Counted from the stretch's first letter, positions 9,119 to 18,845 are shown. The stretch: DNA of 37,872 nucleotides from a virus (IMGVR_UViG_2563366845_000004:1-37872), one strand, 5' to 3'. Notes: generated by a model not told the origin, from the letters alone. Program-made: numbers and translations.

Positions 9119-9683
9119 CAACGAGTGAAACGAGGCGTAAGGTGGGGGGCATTTTGATAAGTGCTCGTTCGCTTTGTGCCAGAGGCGGAAGTTGTTACAG
9201 CTGTTGTCTTACCCAATGGGGAGCATCTCGGAAATTTTCGACCCAACGCTGCGAACGATAAAGAAATAGTGGCCGCTTGAGTTTAGGCCTAAACTGTTTC
9301 TTGTTAGAAGAAACGCTTAAGTCGGCATGCCGTGCTATCCGCTAGGGTAGGCCGGAGCTTGGCTAGTGCTTGCAAGTATGCTACAAACACATTAGCACAT
9401 ATAACATGTATTTTGCAGTACTCCTAGAGTATAATAAGGCCAGTAGTATTGAAAAAAGGGTTGTTAAGTAGACGCACAATAATTCTACAGTTCTTGGATT
9501 TGATGAATAGATGCTAAAATGTATGCTTCAATTATTCAATCTATAAGAGGGAGCAGAGAAAAAATAAGGTGGCAGGAGGTGTTAGACCACTAAATTTAAA
9601 TCGTGAGATAAATATGGAGCCATAAACCTATGGAGGGAATGGCAAAAGCTAAAATTATAGACTAAAAATGGACGGTGTGAATA

Positions 9684-9956
9684 ATGGCGATTTTTGATAA
9701 ACAGCAGGCCATAAAAAAACTAACAGAAAAAAATGCTTTATTACCATGCCATAGATGTGGGAATAAGTCATTTGGAATTGTTGATGGAGTGACTTCCTAT
9801 TCATTAGTTAATGATCCAAATATGATAGGTAGTGTGATTGTTGGAGGAGCCTCTCTGCCTGTGTTACATGTTTTTTGTGAAAACTGTGGAGCCTTAACTT
9901 CTCATTCTTTGGGCATTCTAGAACTATTACCAAAGGAAGACGAAAATGGGGGGTAG
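9684..9956 (+). CDS. Small zinc-ribbon protein (CxxC...CxxC), first gene of a two-gene cargo cassette
   Basis: 90 aa with CHRCGN ... CENCG; AT-rich; overlaps the downstream gene by 11 nt (ATGGGGGGTAG). Confidence 0.5.
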   Translation: MAIFDKQQAIKKLTEKNALLPCHRCGNKSFGIVDGVTSYSLVNDPNMIGSVIVGGASLPVLHVFCENCGALTSHSLGILELLPKEDENGG

Positions 9957-10416
9957 TACTTTTAACTCTACGGTGAATGGTGAAAAATCTCCTGCAGTAA
10001 CACCCTCGCAAGTTATTATTAATGAGGACGGGGATTTTACTGATAAAATAGTTAGACAGACTAAAGTTGAAGTTATAGTTATTAGCGATGATAAGTTGCA
10101 TATAATACTGACGAATTGCCTTGGTAGAATAACAAGTTTAAATAAATGGACTACTCCGCTTGGTATCTTAGTTACGCTTGCAGTAACTATGTTAACAACA
10201 AATTTTAAGGAATTTATCCTTAGCGCACATGTCTGGGAAGCTATGTTCTGGATTATTACAATACTCAATGTGGTATGGCTAATTAAGTCCATCCCTTACA
10301 GGCACATATGGATTGAGTTTCTTCATTTCTTTGGCAGAGGAGAACAGATGAAAAGTATTCGAGATGTTAGGCATATAATAGAAAAAATAAAGAGTGGTGA
10401 TACTGGAATTAATTGA
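9946..10416 (+). CDS. Small membrane protein, second gene of the cassette
   Basis: 156 aa with two hydrophobic helices (LGILVTLAVTMLTT; AMFWIITILNVVWLI); AGGAAG RBS; translationally coupled to the zinc-ribbon gene. Confidence 0.5.
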   Translation: MGGSTFNSTVNGEKSPAVTPSQVIINEDGDFTDKIVRQTKVEVIVISDDKLHIILTNCLGRITSLNKWTTPLGILVTLAVTMLTTNFKEFILSAHVWEAMFWIITILNVVWLIKSIPYRHIWIEFLHFFGRGEQMKSIRDVRHIIEKIKSGDTGIN

Positions 10417-10807
10417 TCTATATGGCGAACTAAAACAAATTTATGTCATATCATAGCCCTCTCAGTAGGAGGGCAATATTTGCTAGGATCACAAACTGAC
10501 ATGAAGCCCCTATTTTCTTTCGGACTCTTTTGCCACAAGTTCCATAGTGTCTTCGTATGTTCCCTCTTGCTGGAAAAAAATCATGCCGGAATTCTGTTTC
10601 TGAATGGCGCAGGATTTTGGGTAAGGCTCAATCAGTTGTGAGAATAATTGCCAACTTTCGATCCTCGCTCGTTGCGGACTTTCTTCTTTGTAAAACCGTA
10701 TGTTTCGTTTTTCAAGTGGTCATTCAGATACGGATTTGCACTTCCTTTGGCAGTACATGACTATGCCGCATGAGATCGCATGATCGTTTGAGGATCGTTT
10801 TTGCTAA

Positions 10808-10835
10808 GGTCCGCCAGAACTGGCGGGCTTTTGCG
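10808..10835 (+). terminator. Rho-independent terminator-like hairpin
   Basis: CCGCCA-GAAC-TGGCGG stem-loop followed by GCTTTTGCG. Confidence 0.45.
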
Positions 10836-10877
10836 TAGATCATGCACCTGCATGAAAACTACTACATAAAGCGGGCA

Positions 10878-10896
10878 GGCGTGGCGGGGATACGAG
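10878..10896. other. Candidate cos (cohesive end) site
   Basis: GGCGTGGCGGGGATACGAG followed by GCGCGC; the first 13 nt match the P2/186 cos ends as I remember them (GGCG[A/T]GGCGGGGAAAGCA). Confidence 0.35.
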
Positions 10897-11107
10897 CGCG
10901 CGCAACGGGGTTAAATGGCGAAAATCCGGCGCAATCTCCGGTACGTTGACAACTTCTGTCTAAATTGCAGGTAAAAGGAGAGCACTCTGCAGAATGCTGC
11001 TGAGCAGCTAATAGCGCAGGTGTTGCCGATGCGAACAGAACTTGCTGAAAAACTCTGTGAGCAGTAACTTGTGCTCAAGTACCTAATAAATTCGATAAGG
11101 ACTGAGT

Positions 11108-12547
11108 ATGACGCCAAAAGTTTTTATATCATATAGTTGGAGTAGCCCAGCTCATAAGGAAAGAGTTAAAGCAATAGCTGATAGACTTTTGAGTGATGGA
11201 GTGGATGTTGTCATTGACATATATGATTTGAAGGAGGGCAATGATAAAAACGCATTCATGGAAAAAATGATTGTTGATAAAAGTATCACCAATGTGCTTG
11301 TGATGTGTGATTCAGTTTACGCAAAAAAAGCTGATAACAAACAAAGTGGGGTTGGCACAGAATCCCAGATCATCTCTCAACAAGTCTACACAAAAGTCGA
11401 ACAATCAAAATTTATACCTATTGTTTGTGAATTTGATGAGAATTCAGAACCTTGTCTTCCTGTTTTTATGAGTTCGCTAATATGGATTGACCTTTCAACA
11501 CCAGAAAAAGAAAATCAAAATTGGGAACGGTTAGTAAGGCTGCTTAATGGAAAACCAGCAGATATAAAACCTAAGCTTGGAAAAAGACCAAGTTATTTAG
11601 ATAGTGGGCAATATGATCCGGTGAGTGAACCACACGCAAAATTTAATAGCTTGAAACAAGCTGTTTTGCAAAATAGGGCAGGTGTTAGTTATTATCGGCG
11701 TGATTTCGTTGATTCAGTAGTCAAGTACCTTGACGGGATGAGAATCCGAGCTCGCCCAGAGCAAAATGATTTACAAAGCATGGGTAGGAAAATAATTAGC
11801 GACGTTGCTGCCATGAAGCCTATCAGGGATTATGTGTGTGAATGGATAACTCTTGAGGCAGAGTTTACGATGCAGGATGAATTTTCAACAGAACTAGTAA
11901 AGTTCTTTGAAAAAGTTCTGTTACTAACCGAAGCTCCTAGCGATGTCAGTTCATGGCAATTAAACTGGTATGATGCACAAAAGGTATTTGCATACGAAAT
12001 TTTCTTATATTCAGTTGCTATATTGATTAGATTAGAGAAGTTTCAATTAGTACGTGCGATTTTATCTGCCAGATTCCTTTCTGGTGATAGGCAGTTACCA
12101 CCGGAACATAGACTCGTGTCAATTAGCGCTTTCTTAGCTGATTCTGAAACGCTACAGGCAGGTTTTGAAGAAGATATAAGGTATTACTCTCCAGTTGCAG
12201 AGCTAATTAAAAGAAATGCAGATAGGGAAGATATTACCTTTTCTGATCTTATGCAGGCTGATGTGCTAGTTCTTTTTTATTCATTTTGTAATGATGGTGT
12301 CTATTGGTATCCATGCACTATTCATTATGCGAGTTATAATTATAGACCTGAACTATTTTTAAGAGCGACACAGCATAAGTATTTTGAATATTTAGCAATG
12401 ATTGCCGGGATAGCGTCAGCGCAAGAGATCAAATTGAAGGTTAAGGCCGGCGCTCAGAGTATGCATAATTCAGGGGTTAGATATGGACGTATGGGGACTG
12501 GTTTTGAAAGTATGATGAACGCCGATAACCTTGATTTTATAAAATGA
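11108..12547 (+). CDS. SEFIR/TIR-domain protein with an uncharacterised C-terminal domain (candidate single-gene antiphage effector)
   Basis: 479 aa; N-terminus KVFISYSWSSPAHKERVKAIADRLLSDGVDVVIDIYDL...NVLVMCDSVY fits the SEFIR/TIR (STIR) signature; moderately AT-rich; convergent with the portal gene. Confidence 0.65.
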   Translation: MTPKVFISYSWSSPAHKERVKAIADRLLSDGVDVVIDIYDLKEGNDKNAFMEKMIVDKSITNVLVMCDSVYAKKADNKQSGVGTESQIISQQVYTKVEQSKFIPIVCEFDENSEPCLPVFMSSLIWIDLSTPEKENQNWERLVRLLNGKPADIKPKLGKRPSYLDSGQYDPVSEPHAKFNSLKQAVLQNRAGVSYYRRDFVDSVVKYLDGMRIRARPEQNDLQSMGRKIISDVAAMKPIRDYVCEWITLEAEFTMQDEFSTELVKFFEKVLLLTEAPSDVSSWQLNWYDAQKVFAYEIFLYSVAILIRLEKFQLVRAILSARFLSGDRQLPPEHRLVSISAFLADSETLQAGFEEDIRYYSPVAELIKRNADREDITFSDLMQADVLVLFYSFCNDGVYWYPCTIHYASYNYRPELFLRATQHKYFEYLAMIAGIASAQEIKLKVKAGAQSMHNSGVRYGRMGTGFESMMNADNLDFIK

Positions 12548-12550
12548 TGC

Positions 12551-12572
12551 AAGCCGCTCTCAAGAGCGGCTT
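12551..12572. terminator. Bidirectional terminator hairpin between the SEFIR gene and the portal gene
   Basis: AAGCCGCTCT-CA-AGAGCGGCTT perfect inverted repeat in the 29-bp gap between two convergent stop codons. Confidence 0.5.
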
Positions 12573-12576
12573 AGTA

Positions 12577-13614
12577 TTAATATGTCCCTAAAACATATGG
12601 TGCGAATGAAATAATTTCATCTCCGGCCCAATCATTCAGTTCCTGCAGTCGTTTCTGCAATGGCATCAGCTCATTGCGGACAAAGACGAGGCTCGCTTTC
12701 TCTACATCCCCAAATCCCCCAACATTATTAGGCATTATCCCCATCATTTGTGGCGGTACACGGTGCGCAGCCATCATGTCATCACGGCTCACGTTCTTGA
12801 TATTCAGAAACTCATCCTTCGCTGCGACTTCTGACAACGGGATAATCTGAAGTCCGTCCTTTTTGCCGTTAGGCGAGTACATAAACAGATTGCGGAAGTT
12901 GCCAGGGCCTTTGGCGCTTTTCATCGCATTGCGGAGGTTGTTCACATCCTCCTGGTTCTGCGCGGCATCGGTCATGTACATGATGAAGCCTGCATGACTG
13001 CCGTTAATGTAATACTTGCGGCGGAACAGCGTGGCGGACTCGTTGAGCAGGGCGGACGGAATGGCAGAAAGATAACCGGGCAGGCCGTAGATCTCCTGGT
13101 TGATGTCCGGCTCCATCAGATGAAAAATGCTGCCTTTCGTGAACTGATACGGCTGGGTTGTCATACCGTATTGCACAAACCAGTAGGTATCCAGGTCTAA
13201 CCCGCGTCGGGTGTATTTTGCCAGAGCAGGCTCAAGGGCTATAACTTCACCGAAGCAGTTCGTGCGTTTCTCCAGGTAGGCGTTACCAAATACCAGATAG
13301 TCCTGCACAAAACGTGAAAAAGCCTGCTGGCTGAGCAGCGGATGAGGGATATAGGTACTGGTCAGAATGTTGCACTTTACTGCAATCGGGGAACTGTGAT
13401 GCACGGCGGCGCGGAAGGTGCGCGCCAGTCCGTCAAAGCTGACGGGCGGCTCATACCAACGGTCCATCTGTACGCATTCCACATAGTCCAGCAGTTCACG
13501 GCGGTCCAGAACAGGAACGGGATCGCCGAAGCTGAATGCTTCGGCTGTAGTTTGACTTTTAAGCTGGATCTGTTTCGTCGCCGCAGCTCGGTTCTTCTTA
13601 CTCTTTCCCATCAA
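12577..13614 (-). CDS. Portal protein (P2 gpQ-like)
   Basis: 345 aa, P2 Q size; adjacent to and co-oriented with the large terminase, in P2 order. Confidence 0.85.
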   Translation of the reverse strand: MMGKSKKNRAAATKQIQLKSQTTAEAFSFGDPVPVLDRRELLDYVECVQMDRWYEPPVSFDGLARTFRAAVHHSSPIAVKCNILTSTYIPHPLLSQQAFSRFVQDYLVFGNAYLEKRTNCFGEVIALEPALAKYTRRGLDLDTYWFVQYGMTTQPYQFTKGSIFHLMEPDINQEIYGLPGYLSAIPSALLNESATLFRRKYYINGSHAGFIMYMTDAAQNQEDVNNLRNAMKSAKGPGNFRNLFMYSPNGKKDGLQIIPLSEVAAKDEFLNIKNVSRDDMMAAHRVPPQMMGIMPNNVGGFGDVEKASLVFVRNELMPLQKRLQELNDWAGDEIISFAPYVLGTY

Positions 13615-15377
13615 AAAATCTCCACAATATTGCTGGTATTGGCGGATTCGCCCTGCAGCGGTTCGTTAAACAGTGCGTGCATCGTTGCCCATGCCAGATC
13701 GGCGTGGCTGGCTTCTTCGCTGCGGCTGGCTTCATAGGTCGGGCGGTTGCCACTGGCGGTGGTGGCGCGACGGATTGCCATAAATGACTGCGCAATGTCG
13801 GTATGTCCGGCGTCAAACTCCAGACGGCGGTGGCTGATAATGTCGTAGGCCTTGAGTACCAGGGCGTTTTTAACGTTGGGGTTGTAGACAAACTCCCGGA
13901 CGGCAGGAAAGAACGCTTTCACGTTCTCGTAAACCCCGTGGCCAACGCCGGTTGAGTCGATGCCGATGTAGGTCACGTTGTACTGCTCGGTCAGTTTTTT
14001 GATTGCGTCAGCCTGGGCGCGGAAGTCCATCCCGCGCCACTGGTGACGCTCAAGAATGCGGAACTTACCGCCCGGCACGGCTGGCGGTGCCACCACCACG
14101 CATCCGGCGCTGTCGCCGTTTTGCGTACCTTTTGCCGGGTCATAACCGATCCACACTTCGCGCCAGCCAAATGGGCGCAGGGCCAGTGCATGAAAGTCGG
14201 TCCAGACTTCCCAGCTGTCCACCATGCACGCCTGCAGCTCGCTGAGCGGGAACACGGACGCGAGATCGTCCACAAACTCGCACATCAGCAGGTTCTGGTA
14301 TTCGTCCGGGCTGTACTCCATGCGCAGCTGGTCGAGGTCGAATAGGTTACAGCCGCCGCGCACCGCATCTTCCACGGTGACTATCTGGCGGTATTGCCCG
14401 TCTGCACACAGCAGGCCGGGAGCCAGATTGCTGTGGGACAGGTCGATGTCCACCTTATCGGCTTTGTTGCGCCCACGGTTGAACAGCGCACCGGACCAGA
14501 ACGGATAAGCACTGTGGGTCAGGCTGGATGGTGTGGAAAAATAGGTCTGTCGCCATTTCTTGTGAATAGCCATACCGGAAGCCACTTTGCGCAGCTCCTG
14601 GAATTTCGGTATCCAGAAATATTCATCCAGATACAGGTTGCCGTGGTAACTCTGGGCCGTGCGGGCATTGGTGCCGAGGAAATACAGTGTGGCCCCGTTG
14701 GGAAGCACCATCGGATCGCCTTTCAGCTCCACCTCCACTTCTTTGGCAAAGTCGATGATGTACTGTTTAAAAACGTGGGCCTGTGCCTTACTGGCGGAAA
14801 GGAAAATCTGGTTACGTCCGGTTAGCAGGGCGTCAATCAGGGCTTCACGGGCAAAGTAAAAGGTCGCGCCGATCTGGCGTGACTTCAGCAGGTTGCGGAT
14901 GCGGTTGGTTTTTCCGGCTTCCCACCAGTGGCGCTGATAGTTGAACATAGAGGAATGGAAGATTTCTTCCAGCTTCTCAATTTGTTCATCGGTGAAAATA
15001 TTCTTTTCCGGCTGGCGGCGTGGGCCTTTGTTGCGGTTGGCGACGTTAGGGTTTAAGTCGGCTTCGTTGCCGCCATTGTTAAACTTGCCGATCCGCGCGT
15101 GGCGCTCAGACTGGCGCGCCAGCAGGTCAATCTCTTTGAAATCTTTCCCTTCTTTGTGCTCCTTCATGATGAGCTGACAGTAGCGTGCGGCGGTGGTGAG
15201 CTGCATCTGATCCAGCGGACCATAGTCACCCCACTTGTCGCGTTTTTTCCAGCTGTGAACGGTTGCAACTTTCTCGCCCAGCATTTCAGCAATGCGGGCT
15301 ACGCGGTATCCCTGAAAGTACAGCAGCATGGCCTGCCGACGGGGATCGAGATCTGCGGGTGTCAGTGTGGTGTTCAT
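13611..15377 (-). CDS. Terminase large (ATPase) subunit (P2 gpP-like)
   Basis: 588 aa; Walker A-like LKSRQIGATFYFA region; overlaps the portal gene start; divergent from the capsid operon. Confidence 0.85.
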   Translation of the reverse strand: MNTTLTPADLDPRRQAMLLYFQGYRVARIAEMLGEKVATVHSWKKRDKWGDYGPLDQMQLTTAARYCQLIMKEHKEGKDFKEIDLLARQSERHARIGKFNNGGNEADLNPNVANRNKGPRRQPEKNIFTDEQIEKLEEIFHSSMFNYQRHWWEAGKTNRIRNLLKSRQIGATFYFAREALIDALLTGRNQIFLSASKAQAHVFKQYIIDFAKEVEVELKGDPMVLPNGATLYFLGTNARTAQSYHGNLYLDEYFWIPKFQELRKVASGMAIHKKWRQTYFSTPSSLTHSAYPFWSGALFNRGRNKADKVDIDLSHSNLAPGLLCADGQYRQIVTVEDAVRGGCNLFDLDQLRMEYSPDEYQNLLMCEFVDDLASVFPLSELQACMVDSWEVWTDFHALALRPFGWREVWIGYDPAKGTQNGDSAGCVVVAPPAVPGGKFRILERHQWRGMDFRAQADAIKKLTEQYNVTYIGIDSTGVGHGVYENVKAFFPAVREFVYNPNVKNALVLKAYDIISHRRLEFDAGHTDIAQSFMAIRRATTASGNRPTYEASRSEEASHADLAWATMHALFNEPLQGESANTSNIVEIF

Positions 15378-15423
15378 GGCACAAACCTACAGCCTTGAAT
15401 GAAGGCTTTCCCCGCCTGCGGTT

Positions 15424-15441
15424 TGTGTGGTTGTCGGTACA
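15424..15441. promoter_or_regulatory. Late promoter element (Ogr-type TGT-N12-ACA dyad) in the P/O divergent region
   Basis: Exact TGT-N12-ACA about 80 bp upstream of the scaffold gene ATG. Confidence 0.5.
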
Positions 15442-15519
15442 AATACCGCGCATTGTTTCACTGCCCCCATCACCGCAACCATAAGGCTCCAGTAAGTTTT
15501 TTCTAACGGAGCACGGCTC

Positions 15520-16353
15520 ATGACAGTGAAAGCAAAGCGTTTTCGCATCGGGGTGGAAGGTGCCACCACCGACGGACGCGAAATCCAGCGTGAATGGCTG
15601 GAACAGATGGCAGCCAGCTACAACCCGGCGGTGTATACCGCGCTGATTAACCTTGAGCACATCAAGTCTTATCTCCCGGACAGCACCTTTAACCGCTACG
15701 GCAAGGTGACAGCGCTGTTTGCTGAAGAAATCAAGGAAGGTCCGCTGGCAGGCAAGATGGCGCTGTATGCCGACGTTGAGCCAACGGAGTCCCTGGTGGA
15801 ACTGGTGAAAAAAGGCCAGAAATTATTCACCTCTATGGAAGTCAGCCCGAAGTTCGCTGATACGGGCAAAGCCTACCTGGTCGGCCTGGCTGCCACTGAT
15901 GACCCTGCCAGTCTGGGCACTGAAATGCTGACATTCAGCGCCAGTGCAGCCCATAACCCGCTGGCAAACCGCAAGCAGAATCCCGCCAATCTTTTTACCG
16001 CTGCAGAGGAAACGGTGATCGAACTGGAAGAAATCCAGGATGACAAACCGTCCCTGTTTGCCCGTGTCACGGCGCTGTTCACCAAAAAAGAGCAGTCCGA
16101 TGATGCCCGGTTCTCTGATGTGCATAAGGCCGTGGAACTGGTCGCCACTGAGCAGCAGAACCTGAGTGCGCGCACCGAAAAATCCCTGTCTGAGCAGGAA
16201 GAACGCCTGTCTGAGCTGGAGACTGCCCTGCAGGCACAGCAGACCGCCTTTAACGAACTGGTGGACAAGTTGAGCCAAGAAGACAGCCGCCAGGACTACC
16301 GCCAGCGTGCAACAGGCGGTAACGCCCCCGCTGACACTCTGACCAATTGCTGA
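15520..16353 (+). CDS. Capsid scaffolding protein (P2 gpO-like)
   Basis: 277 aa, acidic/coiled-coil C-terminus, directly upstream of the major capsid gene. Confidence 0.8.
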   Translation: MTVKAKRFRIGVEGATTDGREIQREWLEQMAASYNPAVYTALINLEHIKSYLPDSTFNRYGKVTALFAEEIKEGPLAGKMALYADVEPTESLVELVKKGQKLFTSMEVSPKFADTGKAYLVGLAATDDPASLGTEMLTFSASAAHNPLANRKQNPANLFTAAEETVIELEEIQDDKPSLFARVTALFTKKEQSDDARFSDVHKAVELVATEQQNLSARTEKSLSEQEERLSELETALQAQQTAFNELVDKLSQEDSRQDYRQRATGGNAPADTLTNC

Positions 16354-16369
16354 TGGAGCACAAAACCTG

Positions 16370-17428
16370 ATGAAGAAGAATACCCGCTTTGCTTTTAACG
16401 CTTACCTGCAGCAACTGGCGCGTCTGAACGGTGTGGCAGTTGAAGAACTGTCCAGCAAGTTCACCGTAGAGCCGTCCGTGCAGCAGACATTGGAAGACCA
16501 GATCCAGCAGTCCGCCGCTTTCCTGACGCTGATTAACGTCACGCCAGTGACTGAGCAGTCCGGTCAGCTGCTGGGGTTGGGAGTTGGCAGCACCATTGCC
16601 GGAACCACTGATACCACCGCGAAAGAGCGTGAACCTGTCGATCCGACGCTGATGGTCGATGTGGAATATAAATGCGAGCAGACCAACTTTGACACGGTAC
16701 TGACCTACGCGAAGCTGGACCTGTGGGCGAAGTTTCAGGATTTTCAGGTGCGTATCCGTGACGCCATCGTGAAACGTCAGGCACTGGACCGCATCATGAT
16801 CGGCTTTAACGGCGTGAAGCGTGCGAAAACCTCCAACCGTAGCGAAAACCCGCTACTGCAGGATGTGAATAAAGGCTGGCTGCAGAAAATCCGTGAGGAT
16901 GCACCGGATCACGTCATGGGCAGCACCACCACGGGCGGTGAAACCACACCGGGTGCGGTGAAAGTCGGGAAAGGTGGCGAATATGCCAACCTGGACGCCG
17001 TGGTGATGGATGCCGTTAACGAGCTTATCGACGTGGTCTATCAGGACGATGACGATCTGGTTGTGATTTGCGGTCGTGAACTGCTGTCTGACAAGTATTT
17101 CCCGCTGGTCAACAAAGAGCAGGAAAACAGTGAAAAACTGGCTGCCGATATGATCATCAGTCAGAAACGCATGGGTGGCCTGCAGGCCGTGCGTGCGCCG
17201 TTCTTCCCGCCGAATGCGCTGCTGATCACCCGTCTGGATAACCTGTCCATCTACTGGCAGGAAGACACCCGCCGTCGTTCGGTTATCGACAACCCAAAAC
17301 GTGACCGGATTGAAAATTTTGAATCCGTTAACGAAGCCTATGTGGTTGAGGACTACCGCTGCGCTGCACTGGTGGAAAACATCCAGATTGGCGACTTCAG
17401 CGCAGCCGCAGCAGAAGCCGGAGCGTAA
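16370..17428 (+). CDS. Major capsid protein (P2 gpN-like)
   Basis: 352 aa, P2 N size and position. Confidence 0.85.
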   Translation: MKKNTRFAFNAYLQQLARLNGVAVEELSSKFTVEPSVQQTLEDQIQQSAAFLTLINVTPVTEQSGQLLGLGVGSTIAGTTDTTAKEREPVDPTLMVDVEYKCEQTNFDTVLTYAKLDLWAKFQDFQVRIRDAIVKRQALDRIMIGFNGVKRAKTSNRSENPLLQDVNKGWLQKIREDAPDHVMGSTTTGGETTPGAVKVGKGGEYANLDAVVMDAVNELIDVVYQDDDDLVVICGRELLSDKYFPLVNKEQENSEKLAADMIISQKRMGGLQAVRAPFFPPNALLITRLDNLSIYWQEDTRRRSVIDNPKRDRIENFESVNEAYVVEDYRCAALVENIQIGDFSAAAAEAGA

Positions 17429-17431
17429 TCC

Positions 17432-18082
17432 ATGAGCCTGAGTCCCGCACGGCAGCATCGCCTGCGCGTTCAGGCTGAACAGGCCGCCCGCGAGGGCGGC
17501 AGTGTTCGCCACGCGTCGGGCTATGACCTGATGCTGCTGCAACTGGCGGAAGACCGCTGTCGTCTCAAGGGCGTTCAGTCCACGGTCAAAAAAGCGGAAA
17601 TCAAAGTGGAGCTGCTGCCGAAGTACGCCGCCTGGGCGGAGGGTGTCCTGGCTGCCGGAGGCGCTCAACAGGATGACGTGCTGATGTACGTGATGCTGTG
17701 GCGCATTGATGCCGGAGATTATGCCGGGGCGCTGGAGATCGGGCGTCATGCCCTGCGTCATGGCTGGGTGATGCCGCTGGGTAATCGCAACGTGCAGACC
17801 GTGCTGGCAGAGGAAATGGCAGACGCCGCACAGAGCGCAATGCTTGCCGCCACCGGCTTTGATGTCGATCTGTTGCTGCAGACGCTGGAGCTGACAGACG
17901 GTCTGGATATGCCGGACCAGTCACGGGCGCGTCTGCATAAAGCGATTGGCGCGGTCCTGAGTGAAGGCAATCCGGCGTCTGCCCTTAATCATCTCAACCA
18001 TGCGTTACAGCTCGATCCCCGCTGTGGCGTGAAAAAAGACAAACAGCAGCTGGAGCGCAGACTGCGCAATGACAGCCGCTGA
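17432..18082 (+). CDS. Terminase small / endonuclease subunit (P2 gpM-like)
   Basis: 216 aa following the capsid gene in P2 order. Confidence 0.75.
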   Translation: MSLSPARQHRLRVQAEQAAREGGSVRHASGYDLMLLQLAEDRCRLKGVQSTVKKAEIKVELLPKYAAWAEGVLAAGGAQQDDVLMYVMLWRIDAGDYAGALEIGRHALRHGWVMPLGNRNVQTVLAEEMADAAQSAMLAATGFDVDLLLQTLELTDGLDMPDQSRARLHKAIGAVLSEGNPASALNHLNHALQLDPRCGVKKDKQQLERRLRNDSR

Positions 18083-18177
18083 CAGAACGTGCCCCCGCGC
18101 ACGGGCGGCACGGGGTGGCGAAAGGCACTGCCACATCAAAACCCCGTCCACCGCCCTTTATTTCAGGAGAAAGCAGC

Positions 18178-18642
18178 ATGAAGTTTGTTGCGCCAGAACA
18201 GGCACCGGAACAGGCGGAAATCATCAGAAATACGCCGTTCTGGCCTGATGTGGACCTGTCGGAGTTTCGCAGTGTCATGCGCACTGACGGCACGGTGACG
18301 CAGCCGCGTTTAAAGCAGGTTGCGCTGTCGGCAATTTCGGAGGTCAACGCAGAGCTGTATGAGTTTCGCAGACGTCAGCAGATGCTGGGGTATGTGTCGC
18401 TGGCTGAGGTTCCGGCGGAACAGCTGGACGGCAAAAGTGAGCGCATTCATCACTATTTCAACGCGGTTTACTGCTGGGCACGCGCCATGCTCAACGAGCG
18501 TTATCAGGACTATGACGCCACGGCATCCGGTGTGAAGCGGGGTGAGGAACTGGCGGAAGCAAGCGGTGATTTATGGCGTGACGCCCGCTGGGCCATCAGC
18601 CGGGTGCAGGATGCGCCGCATTGCACAGTGGAGCTTATCTGA
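18178..18642 (+). CDS. Head completion/stabilisation protein (P2 gpL-like)
   Basis: ATG at 18178 with AGGAGA RBS inside ORF 18115..18642; stop overlaps the gpX start (ATGA). Confidence 0.75.
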   Translation: MKFVAPEQAPEQAEIIRNTPFWPDVDLSEFRSVMRTDGTVTQPRLKQVALSAISEVNAELYEFRRRQQMLGYVSLAEVPAEQLDGKSERIHHYFNAVYCWARAMLNERYQDYDATASGVKRGEELAEASGDLWRDARWAISRVQDAPHCTVELI

Positions 18643-18845
18643 TGAAAGTGCGTGCGCATCAGTATGACACGGTGGACGCGCTTTGCTGGCGTCATTACGG
18701 GCGCACGCAGGGTGTCACGGAGCAGGTACTGAAGGCAAATCCGGGGCTTGCCGAATACGGCCCCTTTTTACCTCACGGGCTGCAGGTGGAGCTGCCGGAC
18801 ATTCCGACAACCACCACCGTGCAGACCGTCCAGCTATGGGACTGA
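18642..18845 (+). CDS. Tail protein X (P2 gpX-like)
   Basis: 67 aa from MKVRAHQYDTVDALCWRHYG..., the P2 X length. Confidence 0.75.
   Translation: MKVRAHQYDTVDALCWRHYGRTQGVTEQVLKANPGLAEYGPFLPHGLQVELPDIPTTTTVQTVQLWD

Noticed and set aside
10557-10760. 67-aa plus-strand ORF (and 10911..11117 minus) in the cassette-to-SEFIR intergenic region
   Set aside because: No RBS, Cys/Arg-rich low-complexity translation; the region more plausibly holds cos, a terminator and promoter elements.
10417-11107. Retron msr/msd or other structured ncRNA linked to the TIR-like gene
   Set aside because: No reverse-transcriptase ORF anywhere in the window and no long a1/a2 inverted repeats; only a short terminator-like hairpin and a cos-like motif.
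16853-17761. 302-aa minus-strand ORF spanning the capsid and small terminase genes
   Set aside because: Fully antisense to two tightly packed, well-supported late genes; most likely a frame artefact of GC-rich coding DNA.
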